Source: Ilumatobacteraceae bacterium (GTDB lineage Bacteria > Actinomycetota > Acidimicrobiia > Acidimicrobiales > Ilumatobacteraceae). Taken from it: 64,000 bases of DNA. The stretch lies in contig JBBATY010000009.1 in assembly GCA_040398525.1 (NCBI GenBank), forward strand, positions 22,416-86,415. Reading direction: 5' to 3'. The translations under genes were made by a program, and so were the position numbers. Position 1 is the first letter of the stretch. The number at the start of each line of letters is the position of its first letter. Shown in pieces: positions 1-7,862 of this stretch. Below the pieces are notes generated by a model, which saw only the letters and a program-made list of their open reading frames with translations, was not told the DNA's origin and did no database searches.

Positions 1-1758
1 ACCGACCGAACGCACCCGATCGACCGGGCAGTCGGGCACGAGCCCCAGCACCAGCGCGTACAGCGGATCGATGTGGGCGCCGAACGCGCCGGCGAGCCGG
101 ATGTCGTCGAGCGTCTCGAGGCCGGCGTGGGCGACGAGCAGATCGATCCCGGCACGCAACGCGGCCTTGGCGAGCTGGATAGCTCGAACGTCGTTCTGGG
201 TGATCGACAGCTGCACGTCGCCGCGCTCGAAGACGACGTAGCGGAACGTCCGACCATCGGGCACGACCCTGGCGCAGTGCTTGGCCAGCCCGCCCTGGAT
301 CACGCCGTCGGTGTCGATGACCCCGGCGAGGTACATCTCGGCGACCACCTCGATGATGCCCGAACCGCAGATGCCGGAGATCTCGAGGTGCTCGACCGAC
401 TCGGCGAAGCCGGGGTCATCGCTCCACAGGTCGCTGCCGATCACCTTCACCCGCGCCTCGAGGGTCGTCCGGTCGATGCGGACCCTCTCGATGGCCCCCG
501 CCGTGGCGCGCTGGCCGCAGCTGAGCTGGGCGCCCTCGAATGCGGGGCCCGTCGGGCTCGACGCGGCGAACTGTTGCTTGCTGTCGCCGAGCACGATCTC
601 GGCGTTCGTGCCCACATCGACGACCAACTGGGTGGTCGCCGATCGATGGGGCCCCTCGGCCAGGACCACCGCCGCAGTGTCGGCACCGACGTGGCCGGCG
701 ATGCAGGGTCCGACGTAGGCGCGGGCACTGGGCAGCGGGAGATCGAGCTCGAGCGCCGGTAGCTGCACGGCCTCGGCAGTGGCCAACGTGAACGGCGCTT
801 GGCCGAGCGGGGTCGGGTCGATCCCGAGGAGCAGGTGATGCATGATCGGGTTGCCGACCAGGACGATCTCGAGCACCCTGTCGAGCCCGATGCCCGCCTC
901 GGCGGCCAGCTCGGTCACGAGGTCGGACAGCGCGTCGCGGACCGAGGTGGTGAGCTGCTCGTCGCCGCCCGGGTTCATCATCACGTACGAGACACGGCTC
1001 ATCAGGTCCTCGCCGAACCGGATCTGCGGGTTCATCCGTCCGCTCGATGCGAGGACCTCACCGGAGGCCAGGTCGCAGAGGTGCCCGGCAATGGTCGTGG
1101 AGCCGATGTCGACCGCGATGCCGGCGATCCGCTCGACGAATCCGGGCCAGACTGCAACGACCTGGCCCGGGCAGTTGGGGTCGTCGGAACGACGAACGGC
1201 CACCGTCGCTGCTCGGTCCTGACCGGCGAAGGCGCGGTGCACCTGCCGGAGCGCTGCAGGCGTCAGCCGATCGACGTGGCGCTGGTAGTCGGTGGCGAGT
1301 TGCTCGACGACGAGATCGCTCATGCTCGCTGCATCGCCGAGCACACTCGGCGCCAGTTCGAGGTAGGCGAGCGAGACCGCCGGGTCGAGGGTGACGTCGT
1401 CGAGAGCGAGCGCCTTGCGCACCACGGGGCGGTGCACCTGGCTCTCCGGCGGGACGTCGGCCACCACATCGCTCTGCACGAGCGCGCAACAGCCGAGGCG
1501 CCTCTCCGGTGCAAGTCCCTTGCGGTCGCGGTAGCGGGTCTCGGTCTCGGTGAAGGCGTTCAGCGATTCCGGTCCGACGTCGATCGCCCACTTCGCGAAC
1601 GAGCCGTCCTCGACGGTGACCTGGCACCGACCGCAGATCCCTCGACCACCGCAGACCGAGTCGAGATCGACCCCGAGGCCGCGCGCGGCATCGAGCAGGG
1701 ACGTGCCCTGCTCGACCTCGGCCGTGAGGCCGGACGGGGTGAAGACGACGCGCGGCAC
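1..1758 (-). CDS. Corrinoid reductive-activation protein (RACo/RamA-like: N-terminal 2Fe-2S ferredoxin plus ASKHA ATPase); C-terminus lies beyond the left window edge
   Basis: Absent from the ORF track because it has no stop inside the window. Manual reverse translation from GTG at 1758 (GGAGA just upstream) gives VPRVVFTPSGLTAEVEQGTSLLDAARGLGVDLDSVCGGRGICGRCQV (ferredoxin Cys motif). The same frame at nt 1140 reads FVERIAGIAVDIGSTTIAGH (ASKHA DIGTTT-type motif). At nt 120-1 it reads LETLDDIRLAGAFGAHIDPLYALVLGLVPDCPVDRVRSVG. The + strand ORFs 73..762 and 799..3078 are antisense shadows. Confidence 0.75.
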   Translation of the reverse strand, partial: MPRVVFTPSGLTAEVEQGTSLLDAARGLGVDLDSVCGGRGICGRCQVTVEDGSFAKWAIDVGPESLNAFTETETRYRDRKGLAPERRLGCCALVQSDVVADVPPESQVHRPVVRKALALDDVTLDPAVSLAYLELAPSVLGDAASMSDLVVEQLATDYQRHVDRLTPAALRQVHRAFAGQDRAATVAVRRSDDPNCPGQVVAVWPGFVERIAGIAVDIGSTTIAGHLCDLASGEVLASSGRMNPQIRFGEDLMSRVSYVMMNPGGDEQLTTSVRDALSDLVTELAAEAGIGLDRVLEIVLVGNPIMHHLLLGIDPTPLGQAPFTLATAEAVQLPALELDLPLPSARAYVGPCIAGHVGADTAAVVLAEGPHRSATTQLVVDVGTNAEIVLGDSKQQFAASSPTGPAFEGAQLSCGQRATAGAIERVRIDRTTLEARVKVIGSDLWSDDPGFAESVEHLEISGICGSGIIEVVAEMYLAGVIDTDGVIQGGLAKHCARVVPDGRTFRYVVFERGDVQLSITQNDVRAIQLAKAALRAGIDLLVAHAGLETLDDIRLAGAFGAHIDPLYALVLGLVPDCPVDRVRSVG

Positions 1759-1770
1759 GATGGTCTCCGG

Positions 1771-2670
1771 TCAGCCGCGACTGCGGCGCCTGCCCTCGCG
1801 CCCCTCGCGGGCACCAGCGGAGGCGTTGGGGTCGCGATTGGCCTTGATCCAGGCGAAGCAGTCGCGATCGTTGCCCATCAGCACGTCGGCGGCCATGATC
1901 GCCGACTTCACCTCCGGGTGCATCGGGTTCATGATCGCCGACGACATGCCGTTGGCCATCGCCATCGACAAGAACGTGCCGGTGATCTGGTTGCGGTTCG
2001 GCAACCCGAAGCTGACGTTCGATGCTCCGCAGGTCGTGTTCACACCGAGCTCGTCGACGAGCCGGCGCAGGAGGGCGAACACCTGGCGGCCTGCGGTGCC
2101 CATCGCCCCGATCGGCATCACGAGCGGGTCGACCACCACGTCGGACGCGGGGATCCCGTAGTCGGCAGCGCGATGGACAATCCGCTTGGCCACCTCGAAC
2201 CTGACATTGGGGTCCTCGGAGATGCCGGTCTCGTCGTTGCTGATCGCCACGACAGCGGCGCCGTACTTAGCGACGAGCGGCAACACCCGCTCCATCACCT
2301 CCTCTTCTCCGGTGACCGAGTTGACGAGCGGCTTGCCCTTGTACACGGCGAGCCCGGCCTCGAGGGCCTCGATGATCGACGAGTCGATCGAGAGCGGCAC
2401 ATCGGTGATCGACTGGACCAACTGGACCGCCCGAGCCAGCAGTGCGGGCTCGTCGGCCAGGGGGATGCCGGCGTTCACGTCGAGCATCTGCGCACCTGCC
2501 TCGACCTGGGCCAGGGCGTCGGCCTCGACACGGCTGAAGTCACCGTTCTTCATCTCCTCGGCGAGCAGCTTGCGCCCGGTCGGATTGATCCGCTCGCCGA
2601 TCATGACGAACGGCCGGTCGTGGCCGATCACCACTTCTTTGGTGGCGGAGCTGATGAGGGTGTCGGTCAT
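1771..2670 (-). CDS. Methyl-tetrahydrofolate:corrinoid methyltransferase (pterin-binding, MtgA/MtqA/MtrH-like)
   Basis: The ORF 1771..2991 has a junk N-terminal extension. The real start is the ATG at 2670 (MTDTLISSATKEVVIGHDRPFVMIGERINPTGRK...). The pterin-binding barrel pattern is recognisable (LDVNAG, SIDSS, NSV). The start overlaps the upstream stop (ATGA at 2667-2670). Confidence 0.85.
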   Translation of the reverse strand: MTDTLISSATKEVVIGHDRPFVMIGERINPTGRKLLAEEMKNGDFSRVEADALAQVEAGAQMLDVNAGIPLADEPALLARAVQLVQSITDVPLSIDSSIIEALEAGLAVYKGKPLVNSVTGEEEVMERVLPLVAKYGAAVVAISNDETGISEDPNVRFEVAKRIVHRAADYGIPASDVVVDPLVMPIGAMGTAGRQVFALLRRLVDELGVNTTCGASNVSFGLPNRNQITGTFLSMAMANGMSSAIMNPMHPEVKSAIMAADVLMGNDRDCFAWIKANRDPNASAGAREGREGRRRSRG

Positions 2671-3026
2671 GGCTGGCTGTCCTGGCTCTCGTTGGCCGCT
2701 GGGTCGCGGTCGGGATCGTTCGGGTCCCAGCCACCGTTGGTGACCAGGGTGTTGAGACGCTCGTTGGTGAACTCGCGCTCGATGTGCTCGGCGGTCGTGG
2801 TGACGCACTCGACGAGGTCGCCCACGACCGCGTGGGTGGTTCGCCGCCACTCGCCCACATACTCCTGGGCGGTCTTCTTGCCGGCCACCATCGCGGCGCG
2901 GTCGATCGCCTTCTGGAAACGGTGGGGGAGCATCACCTGGTGGCGCTCGCTGCCGAGGCGTCCGTTCACCTGGGCCGGGATGTCGCGCCACATGATGATG
3001 ACGAGCTCGTTGGAGTTGCGGGGCAT
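2667..3026 (-). CDS. Small conserved protein of the 'virulence factor' family that accompanies actinobacterial corrinoid methyltransferase loci
   Basis: Internal ATG at 3026 of ORF 2667..3149 gives MPRNSNELVIIMWRDIPAQVNGRLGSERHQVMLPHRFQKAIDRAAM.... It is packed between DUF1638 (stop 3028) and the pterin methyltransferase. The family label comes from memory of similar loci. Confidence 0.55.
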   Translation of the reverse strand: MPRNSNELVIIMWRDIPAQVNGRLGSERHQVMLPHRFQKAIDRAAMVAGKKTAQEYVGEWRRTTHAVVGDLVECVTTTAEHIEREFTNERLNTLVTNGGWDPNDPDRDPAANESQDSQP

Positions 3027-3027
3027 G

Positions 3028-3675
3028 TCAGACGGTCTCCTCGGTTCGGGTGCGGATCCCCACCTGCACGGCCGCTGAGAAGGGGCCGAGCCCCGTCCGG
3101 CGGACCTCGAAGGCAAGACCGAGTCGCTCGGCAGCGGCACGACCGGCATCGATCACGGCCTGGTCGCCGGACTGGGTGAGCAGCAGGACACGCCGGTAGT
3201 TGCCGAAGTACATGTCGCGTAGCTGCGGGTGACGGTCGAGGCCGAGCCCCTGCCAGACAAGCGCATCGAAGTGCTTGGCGAGGAAGTCGGTGAGGTAGAA
3301 GGTGCCGAGCTCGGAGTCGTGCTCGGCGTGGAACGCCTCCGAGCCGGTGAAGAACTCGTAGCAGTGGTCGCCGGGGAGCCGCACAGCGCTCGGCAGGTTG
3401 TCGATCAGACGATCGAAGCCTCCTCCGGTTCCGCAGTCGCCGTAGCCGAGCAGCACGGTGCGACCCTTGGCCACAGCATCGGTCTCGGCCAGCACAGCGT
3501 CGACTTCACCCGGAAGGCGTTCGGGGCGGTTGTGCAGCGCCGCGGGCAGGTAGCGCACCTCGACGGCGCGTTCGAGGCCGGCGGCCGCAAGCACGGCGCG
3601 CAGCTCGCTCACCAGGGCTCCGCAGGCGATGACGAGTGGACGCGTCTCGCTCGTGGGGATGGAGCGGTCCGACAT
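3028..3675 (-). CDS. DUF1638 domain protein (accessory protein of corrinoid methyltransferase clusters)
   Basis: Real start is the ATG at 3675 (MSDRSIPTSETRPLVIACGALVSELRAVL...GYGDCGTGG...) inside ORF 3028..4266. It lies 5 nt downstream of the corrinoid protein stop. Confidence 0.7.
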   Translation of the reverse strand: MSDRSIPTSETRPLVIACGALVSELRAVLAAAGLERAVEVRYLPAALHNRPERLPGEVDAVLAETDAVAKGRTVLLGYGDCGTGGGFDRLIDNLPSAVRLPGDHCYEFFTGSEAFHAEHDSELGTFYLTDFLAKHFDALVWQGLGLDRHPQLRDMYFGNYRRVLLLTQSGDQAVIDAGRAAAERLGLAFEVRRTGLGPFSAAVQVGIRTRTEETV

Positions 3676-3680
3676 CGGCC

Positions 3681-4400
3681 TCAGCGGACCGAGGGCCCGG
3701 GTGGCTCGGCCTTGCCGCGGCGGGCCTGGACGAACGACTTCGCCGTCTCGGCGGCGATCGCAGCATCGCGGCAGTAGGCGTCGGCCCCGATGGCGGCACC
3801 GAACTCCTCGTTCAACGGAGCGCCGCCGACGAGCACGATGTACTTCTCGCGCAGGCCGCGCTCGACCAGGGTGTCGATGACCACCTTCATGTACGGCATC
3901 GTGGTGGTGAGCAGCGCCGACATCCCGAGGATGTCCGGCTTGTGCTCGTCGAGCGCAGCGAGGAACTCGTCGGCGTCGGTGTTGATGCCGAGATCGATCA
4001 CCTCGAACCCGGCACCCTCCAGCATCATCGCCACCAGGTTCTTGCCGATGTCGTGGATGTCGCCCTTCACCGTGCCGATGACGACCTTGCCGATCGGCTC
4101 GGCGCCGGTCTCGGCGAGCAGTGGGCGGAGGATCTCCATACCCGACTTCATGGCATTGGCAGAGAGGAGGACCTCCGGCACGAACAGGATGCCGTCGCGG
4201 AAGTCGATGCCGACGATGCGCATTCCCTCGACGAGGGCATCGTTGAGCACCTTGTCGGGCGTCCATCCACGGTCGAGCAGGATCGTCGTCCCCTCGACGA
4301 TCTCGGGGCCGAGGCCGTCGTAGAGGTCCTCGTGCATCTGGGTGACCAGGTCCTCGTCGGACAGGCTGGAGAGGTCGAGATCGTCGCCTGCGTCGCTCAT
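3681..4400 (-). CDS. Cobalamin-binding corrinoid protein (MtgC/MtqC/MtbC-like)
   Basis: 239 aa. It has an N-terminal helical cap followed by a B12-binding Rossmann domain with the DxHxxG signature (GDIHDIGKN) and MSALLTTT/GGAP motifs. Confidence 0.9.
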   Translation of the reverse strand: MSDAGDDLDLSSLSDEDLVTQMHEDLYDGLGPEIVEGTTILLDRGWTPDKVLNDALVEGMRIVGIDFRDGILFVPEVLLSANAMKSGMEILRPLLAETGAEPIGKVVIGTVKGDIHDIGKNLVAMMLEGAGFEVIDLGINTDADEFLAALDEHKPDILGMSALLTTTMPYMKVVIDTLVERGLREKYIVLVGGAPLNEEFGAAIGADAYCRDAAIAAETAKSFVQARRGKAEPPGPSVR

Positions 4401-4426
4401 CTGTGCAGTCTCACTTCCGGTGCTGT

Positions 4427-4440
4427 TCCACGATGCGGAA
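4427..4440 (-). promoter_or_regulatory. Candidate operator (TTCC-N7-GGAA), 14-nt copy identical to one upstream of fhs
   Basis: The + strand reads tccacgatgcggaa at 4427-4440, 27-40 nt upstream of the corrinoid protein ATG (4400). The identical 14-mer occurs at 20462-20475. Including t4426, the element is TTCC-acgatgc-GGAA. Confidence 0.45.
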
Positions 4441-4500
4441 TCGTGTCCGTATGCCGAAACGCTAGCAGCTGTCGGACCGGAGAGCGAAGCGTTCGTCGGA

Positions 4501-5424
4501 TCAGGAGCCGGTGCGGATGGCCTGGATGTGGTCGTCGAAGCCGTCGCCCGTCATCAACGCCCGGCATCGCTCGAAGCGGCCCGTCGCGTAGGCCCAGAAA
4601 TCGTCGGCCGGGTTGCCGTTCGCGTGCTGGATGACGCCCCAGAGGGTCCACAGCAGATCGCACAGGGCCTTGTAGACGACCATCCGCCCGACCGCCGAGG
4701 CAGGAGGAGTCCGACCGAAGTACGCCTGCAGCAGCACGGCATCCTGTTCGGCATCGAAGCCACCTTCCACCGACAGATCACCGAGATCCCACATCGGGTC
4801 GTTGTTCCCCGAGTACTCGTAGTCGATGACGTACATCCGCTCACCCGTGTCGAGGAAGTTCTCGCACAGGGGGTCGCAATGCGACGGGACGAGCGGCACC
4901 GGGTGTGCCTCCAGCGCGGCGCGGGCCGATTCGGCCCGGGACTGCAACTCGTCGTATCCGACCGGGAGGGTGGCGCCCTTCGATGCGAGCAACCCCTTGT
5001 ACTCGTCGATCATCGCGAAGAGACGGAAGTCGACCGCGAACGGTGCTGCAGTGCGGTGGAGCCGGGCGAAGGCCTCGCCCGCTCGGGCGACACCACCGAG
5101 GTCGCGGAACCGTTCCGCGTCCATGGTGACCGAACCCTCGACGTAGCGGGTGACCATCAAGCCGTCCGCGGCGTCGAAGTGCACCAACGGCGCGTTGACA
5201 CCCGCCTCGGCTGCGCTCGCTGCAGCCACAGCTTCCGATGCTCGATCGATGTATTCGCTGGTACCGAGCCCGGGAAGCCTGAGCACCATCCGGCCATCGT
5301 CGGTGGCGACGAGGTAGTTGAGGTTGGTCAGCCCGGCGAGGCGAGTGGCGGTGGTGGGATCGCAGCCGCTCAGCAGGGGGACCCGTGCGAAGGCAGCCGC
5401 CAGTTGGTCGAGCTCGCTCGTCAT
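4501..5424 (-). CDS. Choline/ethanolamine kinase family phosphotransferase (APH fold)
   Basis: 307 aa. It carries the Brenner motif HCDPLCEN and a choline-kinase motif IDYEYSGNNDPMWDLGD. The start overlaps the upstream stop (ATGA at 5421-5424). Confidence 0.8.
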   Translation of the reverse strand: MTSELDQLAAAFARVPLLSGCDPTTATRLAGLTNLNYLVATDDGRMVLRLPGLGTSEYIDRASEAVAAASAAEAGVNAPLVHFDAADGLMVTRYVEGSVTMDAERFRDLGGVARAGEAFARLHRTAAPFAVDFRLFAMIDEYKGLLASKGATLPVGYDELQSRAESARAALEAHPVPLVPSHCDPLCENFLDTGERMYVIDYEYSGNNDPMWDLGDLSVEGGFDAEQDAVLLQAYFGRTPPASAVGRMVVYKALCDLLWTLWGVIQHANGNPADDFWAYATGRFERCRALMTGDGFDDHIQAIRTGS

Positions 5425-7862
5425 GCCCGCAGTTTCGCGCCGCTCGGGTCGTAGAGCGCGCCGTCGTGGCGACGAGCGGGAATCGCCTCGCCGTAGACCT
5501 CGATCACGAAGTCGGTGCGATCGGCGAGCTCGACGGGCACGTACCCATAGGCGATGGGCTTGCCGACGGTGTGCCCGAAGTTGGCGCTCGTGGTGAAGCC
5601 GACCACGCGCCCGTCGGCGATGATCGCCTCACCGCTCACGGGGAATGCCATCTCCTCGAGAGTGAACGTGCACAGCCGCCGGGCGACCCCGGCCTCGCGT
5701 TGCGCGACGAGCGCATCGCGCCCGCAGAAGTCGCCCTTGTCGAGGTCGACGCGCCACCCGAGACCGGCCTCCCACGGAGACGTGTCAGGGGTGACGTCGG
5801 TGCTCCAGTAGACGTAGCCCTTCTCCATGCGGAGCCGGTCGATCGCCCGGTAGCCGACGTCGGCGATGCCGTACGCCTGCCCGGCTTCCCGCAGCGTCTC
5901 GTAGACGTGCGCCGCATACTCGGTGGGGATGTGCAGCTCCCATCCGAGCTCACCGGTGTAGCCGACCCGGAGTGCGAACGCCGGTGCTGATGCGATGGTG
6001 AGCCAGCGTGCCCGCCCGTAGCGGAATGCCGCATTGGAGACGTCGTCCTCGCACACCGACTGCAGCACGTCGCGGGCGTGCGGCCCACATAGGTTGACGA
6101 CGGCATAGGCCGAGGTGACGTCGCGGACCGTCACCGAGCCATCGTCGGGCGACTGGCTGCGGATCCACCCCATGTCGTGGGCGCCGAATGCGGCGCCGGT
6201 CACCACGTACCACGTGTCCGGCGCCGTGCGGGCCATCGTGAGGTCGCACTCGATGCCGCCGCGCTCGTTGCACAGCTGCGTGTAGGTGACGGTGCCGATC
6301 GGTCGGTCCATGTCGGCCACCGACAGCCACTGCACTGCTGCGAGCGCCCCGGGCCCGGCGATCTCGAACTTCGCGAACGAGGTCTGATCGATGAGTGCGA
6401 CTCGTTCGCGCACCGCCGCGGCCTCGTCACCGACATGGTCGAACCAGTTGGGCGCCCCGAACGACGGACGATCGACGGCCTCGACCCCCTCCGGGGCGAA
6501 CCAGTTCGGACGCTCCCATCCACCGCGCGACCCGAACACCGCTCGCCTCGCGGCGAGGACGTCATGGAGTGGGCTGCGACGGACTCCGCGGCTGGTGACA
6601 TGCTCCGACCCCGGCGCCGCGAGCTTGTAGTGGTGGCCGTAGAGCTCGACCATGCGCGGGCCGATGAAGTGCTTCGTGGTGTGGTGGAACGAGAATCGAC
6701 GCACATCGAGCGGCCACAGGTCGAGCGACGGACGCCCGTCGAGGATCCACTCGGCCATCATCTTGCCCGCCCCGCCTCCAGCGGCGATCCCGTAGAGGAA
6801 GCCGGTGGCGAGGTAGAAGTTGTCGAGCTCGGGTGCCCGTCCCATCACGAAGTCGGCGTCGGCGGTGTAGGGGATCGGCCCGTTGATCAACGAACGGATA
6901 CCTGCCGTCTCGAGGACCGGCGTGCGCTTGACGGCGAGGTCGGCCAACTGGGCGAATCGGTCGTGGTTCGGGTCGAACAGCTGTCGCTGGAAGGGATGCG
7001 GGATCCCGTCGATCCCGAACGGCACGGTGTCGGGCTCGTAGCCCCCGACGAGCAGCCCGGGGCCGTCGGGCTTGTAGTACACGAGGTGGTCGGGGTCGCG
7101 CATCGTCGGCATGCGGCCCAGCTCGGCGGGCGTGTACTCGCTGATCGGGCCACTCAGCAGGTACTGGTGCTCGACCGCGACTGCGGGCACGCGGGCCCCC
7201 ACCATCTTGCCGACCTCCATGCCCCACATGCCGGCGGCGTTGACGACGATCTCGCACTCGATGTCGCCGCGATCGGTGTGGACGGTGGTCACGCGACGCC
7301 CGTCGACCGTCATCCGCTCGACCCTCGTGTGCTCGACCACGCGGGCGCCACGCTGGCGCGCCCCCTTGGCGATGGCCATCGTCACGCTCGCGGGATCGAT
7401 GTAGCCGTCGGTGGGCAGGAACGCTGCCGCGAGCACGTCGACCGTGCTCATCAGCGGGAACAGCTCCTGGGCGCGCTCGGGCGACACGATCTCCATGGGC
7501 AGGCCGAAGCTCTTCGCCATCGTCGCCAGGCGCCGCAGCTCCATCACCCGCTCGGGAGAGCACGCCAGGCGCAGGCTTCCCGTCTCGTGCCAGTCGACCG
7601 CCTGGCCGGTCTCGGCCTCGAGGCCGCGGTACATCTCGACGGACTGCTCGAGCATCCGGGTGGTGTTGCGGCTCGATCGGAGTTGACCGACCAGACCTGC
7701 GGCGTGCCAGGTCGCGCCGTCGGTCAGCTGGTGCTGCTCCAGCAGCACCACGTCGGTCTCACCCATCTTGGTGAGCCAGTAGGCCACGCTGCAGCCCAGG
7801 ATGCCGCCGCCGATCACGACGATGCGGGCACGGGTGGGGATGGTCGGATCGCTCATGGTCAT
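5421..7862 (-). CDS. FAD-dependent oxidoreductase fused to a GcvT aminomethyltransferase domain (dimethylglycine/sarcosine dehydrogenase family), paralogue 1
   Basis: Real start is the ATG at 7862 (MTMSDPTIPTRARIVVIGGGILGCSVAYWL...TWHAAGLVGQLRSS). The C-terminal half is a GcvT fold (GYTGELGWELH, RMEKGY). There is an ATGA overlap with the upstream paralogue at 7859-7862. Confidence 0.9.
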   Translation of the reverse strand: MTMSDPTIPTRARIVVIGGGILGCSVAYWLTKMGETDVVLLEQHQLTDGATWHAAGLVGQLRSSRNTTRMLEQSVEMYRGLEAETGQAVDWHETGSLRLACSPERVMELRRLATMAKSFGLPMEIVSPERAQELFPLMSTVDVLAAAFLPTDGYIDPASVTMAIAKGARQRGARVVEHTRVERMTVDGRRVTTVHTDRGDIECEIVVNAAGMWGMEVGKMVGARVPAVAVEHQYLLSGPISEYTPAELGRMPTMRDPDHLVYYKPDGPGLLVGGYEPDTVPFGIDGIPHPFQRQLFDPNHDRFAQLADLAVKRTPVLETAGIRSLINGPIPYTADADFVMGRAPELDNFYLATGFLYGIAAGGGAGKMMAEWILDGRPSLDLWPLDVRRFSFHHTTKHFIGPRMVELYGHHYKLAAPGSEHVTSRGVRRSPLHDVLAARRAVFGSRGGWERPNWFAPEGVEAVDRPSFGAPNWFDHVGDEAAAVRERVALIDQTSFAKFEIAGPGALAAVQWLSVADMDRPIGTVTYTQLCNERGGIECDLTMARTAPDTWYVVTGAAFGAHDMGWIRSQSPDDGSVTVRDVTSAYAVVNLCGPHARDVLQSVCEDDVSNAAFRYGRARWLTIASAPAFALRVGYTGELGWELHIPTEYAAHVYETLREAGQAYGIADVGYRAIDRLRMEKGYVYWSTDVTPDTSPWEAGLGWRVDLDKGDFCGRDALVAQREAGVARRLCTFTLEEMAFPVSGEAIIADGRVVGFTTSANFGHTVGKPIAYGYVPVELADRTDFVIEVYGEAIPARRHDGALYDPSGAKLRA

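Noticed and set aside
799-3078. A 759-aa + strand ORF. The same applies to other very long ORFs opposite recognisable genes: 20346..23489 (1047 aa), 32425..36219 (1264 aa), 40967..43660 (897 aa), 6177..7892, 7985..9943, 24452..26335, 36968..38095 and others.
   Set aside because: Their translations are Arg/Gly/Asp/His/Val-rich with no recognisable domain. They fully overlap opposite-strand genes that have clear family motifs. Long stop-free antisense frames are expected at this GC content, so I treat them as shadow ORFs.
4401-4500. Possible cobalamin riboswitch upstream of the corrinoid protein gene
   Set aside because: Only about 100 nt are available and no B12-box-like sequence is visible. 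Cobalamin riboswitches are typically much longer.
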